Origin: Pseudomonas aeruginosa
GTDB taxonomy: Bacteria > Pseudomonadota > Gammaproteobacteria > Pseudomonadales > Pseudomonadaceae
Direction: 5' to 3'
Assembly (NCBI RefSeq): GCF_001457615.1
Contig: NZ_LN831024.1
Location: forward strand, 1,650,001 to 1,682,000
DNA: 32,000 nucleotides
The translations under genes were made by a program, and so were the position numbers. This document shows, piece after piece, positions 28,142-32,000 of the stretch (positions are counted from its first letter, which is position 1; each line of letters starts with the position of its first letter). The notes under the pieces were generated by a model. It was not told the DNA's origin. It did not search any database and saw only the letters and a list, made by a program, of their open reading frames with translations.

Positions 28142-29314
28142 ATGGCGTGGGCCGCGCTGAAGCGCAACGCCAGCCGTTTCGTCCAGGCGTTCAACACCGA
28201 GACGCGGATCGCCTGCCGCAGCTGGACCATCCACTGGCTCGGCTGGTGCTGGCCGCTGCTGCTGTTCGGCGTGATCAGCGGCGTCTACCAGGCCGGTACC
28301 CTGCTGGACATGCCGCTGGCGGTGGTCGACAAGGACCATAGCCAGCTGTCGCGCAAGCTGATCCGCGACCTCGACGCGACCTCCCACGCCCAGGTGATCA
28401 CCGTTCCCGCCGGCGTCCAGGAGGGGCTCGACGCGATCCGTCGGGCCGATGCCTACGCCTTGCTCTACATCCCGCCGGACTTCGAGGCCGACGTGCTCGG
28501 CGGGCGCGCGCCGAAGGCCGAGCTGTACTACAACGCGCTGCTGTATTCGGCCGGCTACGCCGCCACCCAGGACTTCTCGGCGCTGGTCGCCAGCCTCAAC
28601 GGCGAATTGCGTCCGCGCCTGGCCGCCGGGATGCCGGCGGCGCTGCCGCACCTGGCGAGCATCAGCGTGTCCTACGACAGCCTGTTCAATGCCAGCGGCA
28701 ACTACATCTATTACCAGCAGTTCGCCGCCATCGTGCACCTGCTACAGCTGTTCGTGATCGTCACCATGGTCCATGTGCTGGCCCGCGAGGCGCCGGAACT
28801 GCGCGCCTCCTCGCCGCACATCCTGCGGGCCAAGGCCCTCGGCGTACGCCTGGTGGGCAAACTGGCGCCCTACACGCTGCTGTTCACCGCGCTGCTGATG
28901 CTGGAAATCTTCCTGCTGGTGGCGTTCTCCGGCGCGCGCATCAACGGCAGCCCGCTGGCGATGCTGATGATCACGCTGTTCTACGTGATCGCCGCGCAGA
29001 GCGTCGGGCTGGTGCTGTTCGTCTTCACCGCCAACCGCTTCACCGCCTATTCGCTGGTGGGCATGCTGATCGGCGTCGCCCAGACCTACTCGGGAGTGCT
29101 GATCCCGGAACTGGCGATGCCGACCCTGGCGCGGGTGATCGCCGAGGCCGAGCCGCTGACCCACACCCTGCACGGCCTGTTCGACCAGTTCCTGCGCCAG
29201 GCGCCGCCCAGTTCGGCGCTCTACACCTGCGCCAAGCTGGCGCTGTACCCGCTGATCGCCTACATGATCGCCAAGATGCGCCTGCGCAGCCGCCTGGACC
29301 TGAGCCCGATATGA
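28142..29314 (+). CDS. ABC-2 type transporter permease (YhhJ/YbhR-like)
   Basis: N-terminal TM, PLAVVDKDHSQLSRKLIRDLDATSHAQVI... periplasmic region and C-terminal multi-TM domain. Starts 3 bp after the adaptor gene. Confidence 0.85.
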   Translation: MAWAALKRNASRFVQAFNTETRIACRSWTIHWLGWCWPLLLFGVISGVYQAGTLLDMPLAVVDKDHSQLSRKLIRDLDATSHAQVITVPAGVQEGLDAIRRADAYALLYIPPDFEADVLGGRAPKAELYYNALLYSAGYAATQDFSALVASLNGELRPRLAAGMPAALPHLASISVSYDSLFNASGNYIYYQQFAAIVHLLQLFVIVTMVHVLAREAPELRASSPHILRAKALGVRLVGKLAPYTLLFTALLMLEIFLLVAFSGARINGSPLAMLMITLFYVIAAQSVGLVLFVFTANRFTAYSLVGMLIGVAQTYSGVLIPELAMPTLARVIAEAEPLTHTLHGLFDQFLRQAPPSSALYTCAKLALYPLIAYMIAKMRLRSRLDLSPI

Positions 29315-30444
29315 AGAACTACCTGCAGATCCTCCGGGAAACCCTGAAGGCCATGCTGTCCAAGCCGATGTGGCTGATGGTCGTGGCCTCGGTGTGCATC
29401 ACCTCGCTGCCGTACATGAACCACACCGCCCTCGACCTGCCGGTGGCGGTGGTCGACGAGGATCACAGCGACGTGTCGCGCGAGCTGGTCCGGCTGCTCG
29501 ATTCGGCGCCGAAGGTCGCCGTGGTCGGCTACGACAGCCTGCCGCAGGCCAAGCGCGACCTGGCCTGGCGCGAGCTGTACGCGATCATCGTGATCCCGCT
29601 GAACTTCGAGAAGCGCCTGCTGCGCGGCGAGGCGCTGGTGATCCCGTACTTCGGCGATGCCACCAACCGCATGGCCAACGGCCAGATCCAGCAGGACATC
29701 TCGGCGGTCTACAGCGCGCTGACCAACCGTTACAACGCCGCTCTGCTGGAACGCGAAGGCTTCACCGCGACCCAGGCGCAGGTGGTGCTGAGCCCGCTGG
29801 TAGGGCAATTGACCGACCTGTTCAACCCCGGCATCAGCTTCGCCGCGATCGTCCTTCCGGGGCTGCTGTCGCTGATCCTGCAACACAGCCTGCTGCTCGG
29901 CTGCACCCGCGGCAACATCATGCTGCGCGGCGGCACCCCGCGCTACATGCGCCAGCCGCTGTCGACCCGCTTCGGCCGCTACAGCGCGCAACTGCTGATC
30001 TGGTCCGTGCTGGCGATGCTCTTCTACGTGATCTGGCCGCACCTGCTGGGCTATCGCCAGTCGGCCTCGTTCTTCATGCTGCTGGGGATCGTCCTGCCGT
30101 TCCTAATCGCGGTGATCGCCCTCAGCGAGTTCATCGCCGAGCTGCTGCCCACCGAGGAATCGGTGTACCTGACCATGACCTTCATCACCCTGCCGCTGTT
30201 CTACATGGCCGGCTACAGCTGGCCGGAACAGGCCATGCCGGACTGGGTACGCTGGCTGGCCGACGCGATCCCCTCGACCTGGGCGATCCGCGCCATCGCC
30301 GAGATGAACCAGATGGACCTGCCGCTGCGCGAAGTCAGCGACCATGCCCTGGTGCTGCTGGGCATGGCCGCCACCTATGCGTTGCTGGGTACGCTGCTGT
30401 ACCAGTACCGCAACTGGCGCTGGGACAACGTCAAGGGTTGGTGA
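29311..30444 (+). CDS. ABC-2 type transporter permease (second copy)
   Basis: MKNYLQILRETLKAMLSKPMWLMVVASVCITSLPYMNHTALDLPVAVVDEDHSDVSRELVRLLDSAPKVAVVGYDSLPQAKRDL..., parallel in layout to the preceding permease. ATGA overlap. Confidence 0.85.
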   Translation: MKNYLQILRETLKAMLSKPMWLMVVASVCITSLPYMNHTALDLPVAVVDEDHSDVSRELVRLLDSAPKVAVVGYDSLPQAKRDLAWRELYAIIVIPLNFEKRLLRGEALVIPYFGDATNRMANGQIQQDISAVYSALTNRYNAALLEREGFTATQAQVVLSPLVGQLTDLFNPGISFAAIVLPGLLSLILQHSLLLGCTRGNIMLRGGTPRYMRQPLSTRFGRYSAQLLIWSVLAMLFYVIWPHLLGYRQSASFFMLLGIVLPFLIAVIALSEFIAELLPTEESVYLTMTFITLPLFYMAGYSWPEQAMPDWVRWLADAIPSTWAIRAIAEMNQMDLPLREVSDHALVLLGMAATYALLGTLLYQYRNWRWDNVKGW

Positions 30445-30497
30445 AGCGGCGCAAGGCCGGCCATACTCGGCTGGCGTTCGCACAGGGAGATGAAGGA

Positions 30498-30839
30498 ATG
30501 TTTCGTTCGGGGCTTTCTTTGCTGGTGCTTCTGGGGCTCGCCACGCTCGGCGGGTGCGGTTCCGTCAACACGCTGGTGCGCGACGACGCCAGCGCCGCCC
30601 ACGACTTGCGCCTGAAGGCGACCGCCTGCACCAGCCTGCCGCGGGTGTACAGCGGGGTCAGCTACACCTTCTGCCGGCTCAACGTGAAGACCGGGTCGCC
30701 GGTGGCGCCGGCGCAAGCCGACGGCATCCTCGAGGTGCTGGCCCTCGACTTCGCGCTGTCCGGGGTGATCGACACCCTCGCGCTGCCCTATACCTCGTAC
30801 CGCCAGTACCGCGACGGCAACCTGTCCCTGGCCAACTGA
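30498..30839 (+). CDS. YceK/YidQ-like small lipoprotein
   Basis: MFRSGLSLLVLLGLATLGGCGSVNTLVRDD... has a lipobox (LGGC), followed by VYSGVSYTFCRLN...LEVLALDFALSGVIDTLALPYTSYRQYRDG. GGAG/AAGG lies upstream. Confidence 0.8.
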   Translation: MFRSGLSLLVLLGLATLGGCGSVNTLVRDDASAAHDLRLKATACTSLPRVYSGVSYTFCRLNVKTGSPVAPAQADGILEVLALDFALSGVIDTLALPYTSYRQYRDGNLSLAN

Positions 30840-30840
30840 G

Positions 30841-31767
30841 TCAGGGAATCAGCGGCAGCACGATCTCGTCGCTGCGGCTGATCCCGGCGGTCTCGCTGCG
30901 GCACAGGTCGAGGAACTCGCGCATGGTCGCAGTCTGGTACTTCTGCTTGTGCCAGATGAAGTAGAACTGCCGGCGCAGGTCCAGGCCGGGCGTTTCCACC
31001 GGCACCAGGCTGCCGCGGCGGAAAGCGTCGCGCAGGGCCAGGCGGGAAATGCAGCCGATGCCCAGGCCGGACTCCACGGCACGCTTGATCGCCTCGGTGT
31101 GCTCCAGCTCCAGGCGGATGTTCAGCGGCCGCGGGTGATGACGCATGGCCTGGTCGAAGGTCAGGCGGGTGCCGGAGCCCTGCTCGCGGAGGATCCAGGC
31201 CTCCCGCGTCAGCCGTTCCAGGTCGGCGCCGCCCCGCCGCGCCAGCGGATGCTGGGGGGCGCAGAACACCACCAGTTCGTCCTCCATCCAGGGTTGCACC
31301 TCGATGTCCGGATGCCGGCAGTCGCCCTCGATCAGGCCCAGGTCCAGCTCGTAGTGGGCGACCTGCTGCACCACCTGGGCGGTGTTGTGCACGTGCAGGC
31401 GCACCCGGCAGTCCGGCTGGCGCTGCATGAAGGCGCCGATCAGCAGCGTGGCCAGGTAGTTGCCGATGGTCAGGGTGGCGCCGAGGTCGAGGGAGCCGAA
31501 GGCGGTCTTGCCGTTGAGCAGGTTCTCGATTTCCTCGCCGCGGTCGAGCAGCGCCACCGCCTGCGGCAGCAGTTGGCGGCCGAGGGCATTGAGGGTCAGG
31601 CGCTTGCCGGCGCGGTCGAACAGCTTGCAGTCGAACTGCCGCTCCAGCTCGCCGAGCGAGGTGCTGGTCGCCGACTGCGACAGCGACAGCCCCTCGGCGG
31701 CGCGGGAGACGCTCTCCTGCTGGGCCACGGCGACGAACACCTCGAGCTGGCGGAGGGTGAATTTCAT
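30841..31767 (-). CDS. finR: LysR-family transcriptional regulator (finR-like)
   Basis: 308 aa: MKFTLRQLEVFVAVAQQESVSRAAEGLSLSQSATSTSLGELERQFDCKLFDRAGKRLTLNALGRQLLPQAVALLDRGEEIE. The finR assignment rests on known neighbourhood in P. aeruginosa; its expected divergent fpr gene is outside the window. Confidence 0.85.
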   Translation of the reverse strand: MKFTLRQLEVFVAVAQQESVSRAAEGLSLSQSATSTSLGELERQFDCKLFDRAGKRLTLNALGRQLLPQAVALLDRGEEIENLLNGKTAFGSLDLGATLTIGNYLATLLIGAFMQRQPDCRVRLHVHNTAQVVQQVAHYELDLGLIEGDCRHPDIEVQPWMEDELVVFCAPQHPLARRGGADLERLTREAWILREQGSGTRLTFDQAMRHHPRPLNIRLELEHTEAIKRAVESGLGIGCISRLALRDAFRRGSLVPVETPGLDLRRQFYFIWHKQKYQTATMREFLDLCRSETAGISRSDEIVLPLIP

Positions 31768-31920
31768 CCAGGCTTCCTCGTCTAGAGCGAAAGGCCCCGC
31801 GACATTTTGCCGTTCCGTCGGCGGGGTTGGCTCGGTTATCCTTGCGCCCCGTCCGCGGGAGCGATGGGAGCCCTCGGCGGCCGGCGGCCGACCGATATCG
31901 TGTTATCCCATATCCATATT

Positions 31921-31939
31921 CTGGATAAGCATTATCCAG
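31921..31939. promoter_or_regulatory. Palindromic operator-like element upstream of the LysR gene
   Basis: ctggataa-gca-ttatccag, a perfect 8-bp inverted repeat in an AT-rich intergenic stretch. Confidence 0.6.
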
Positions 31940-32000
31940 ACAATTCATTTTGCGGATATTTTGGCAACCGATAAAATGCCGCGCAACTGCGTCACGTCTG

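Noticed and set aside
1-32000. Search for mobile elements, CRISPR arrays, toxin-antitoxin pairs, phage genes, tRNA or rRNA
   Set aside because: No transposase, integrase, regularly spaced direct repeats or structural RNA signature was recognised by reading. The gene order looks like ordinary core chromosome.

Overview
This 32 kb window is GC-rich Pseudomonas chromosomal DNA. Gene content and order match P. aeruginosa, in the stretch that holds the heme-acquisition (has) locus. I see no prophage, transposase, CRISPR array, rRNA or tRNA. From left to right it holds: a truncated cupin-like ORF; a FAD-dependent oxidoreductase; an unusual NTF2/SnoaL-AraC fusion regulator, divergent from a DUF1302/DUF1329 pair; a large MalT/LuxR-type ATPase regulator; a SirB1-like transglutaminase-fold protein; leucine dehydrogenase; a 2-oxo-acid dehydrogenase E1alpha/E1beta/E2 cluster; small membrane and hypothetical proteins; yebG with a LexA box; the complete has locus (hasI, hasS, hasR, hasAp, hasD, hasE, hasF); DUF3509; PsiE; an HlyD/ABC-2 permease set without an ATPase gene; a YceK-like lipoprotein; and a LysR regulator (finR-like). 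No clearly new biological system is evident. The observations most worth checking are two apparent single-base frameshifts (LuxR-type regulator N-terminus; E1alpha, which fuses in frame to E1beta), strong intercistronic hairpins on both sides of hasAp, a cluster of TTATCC half-sites upstream of the finR-like gene, the SnoaL-AraC fusion, and the ATPase-less ABC-2 cassette.
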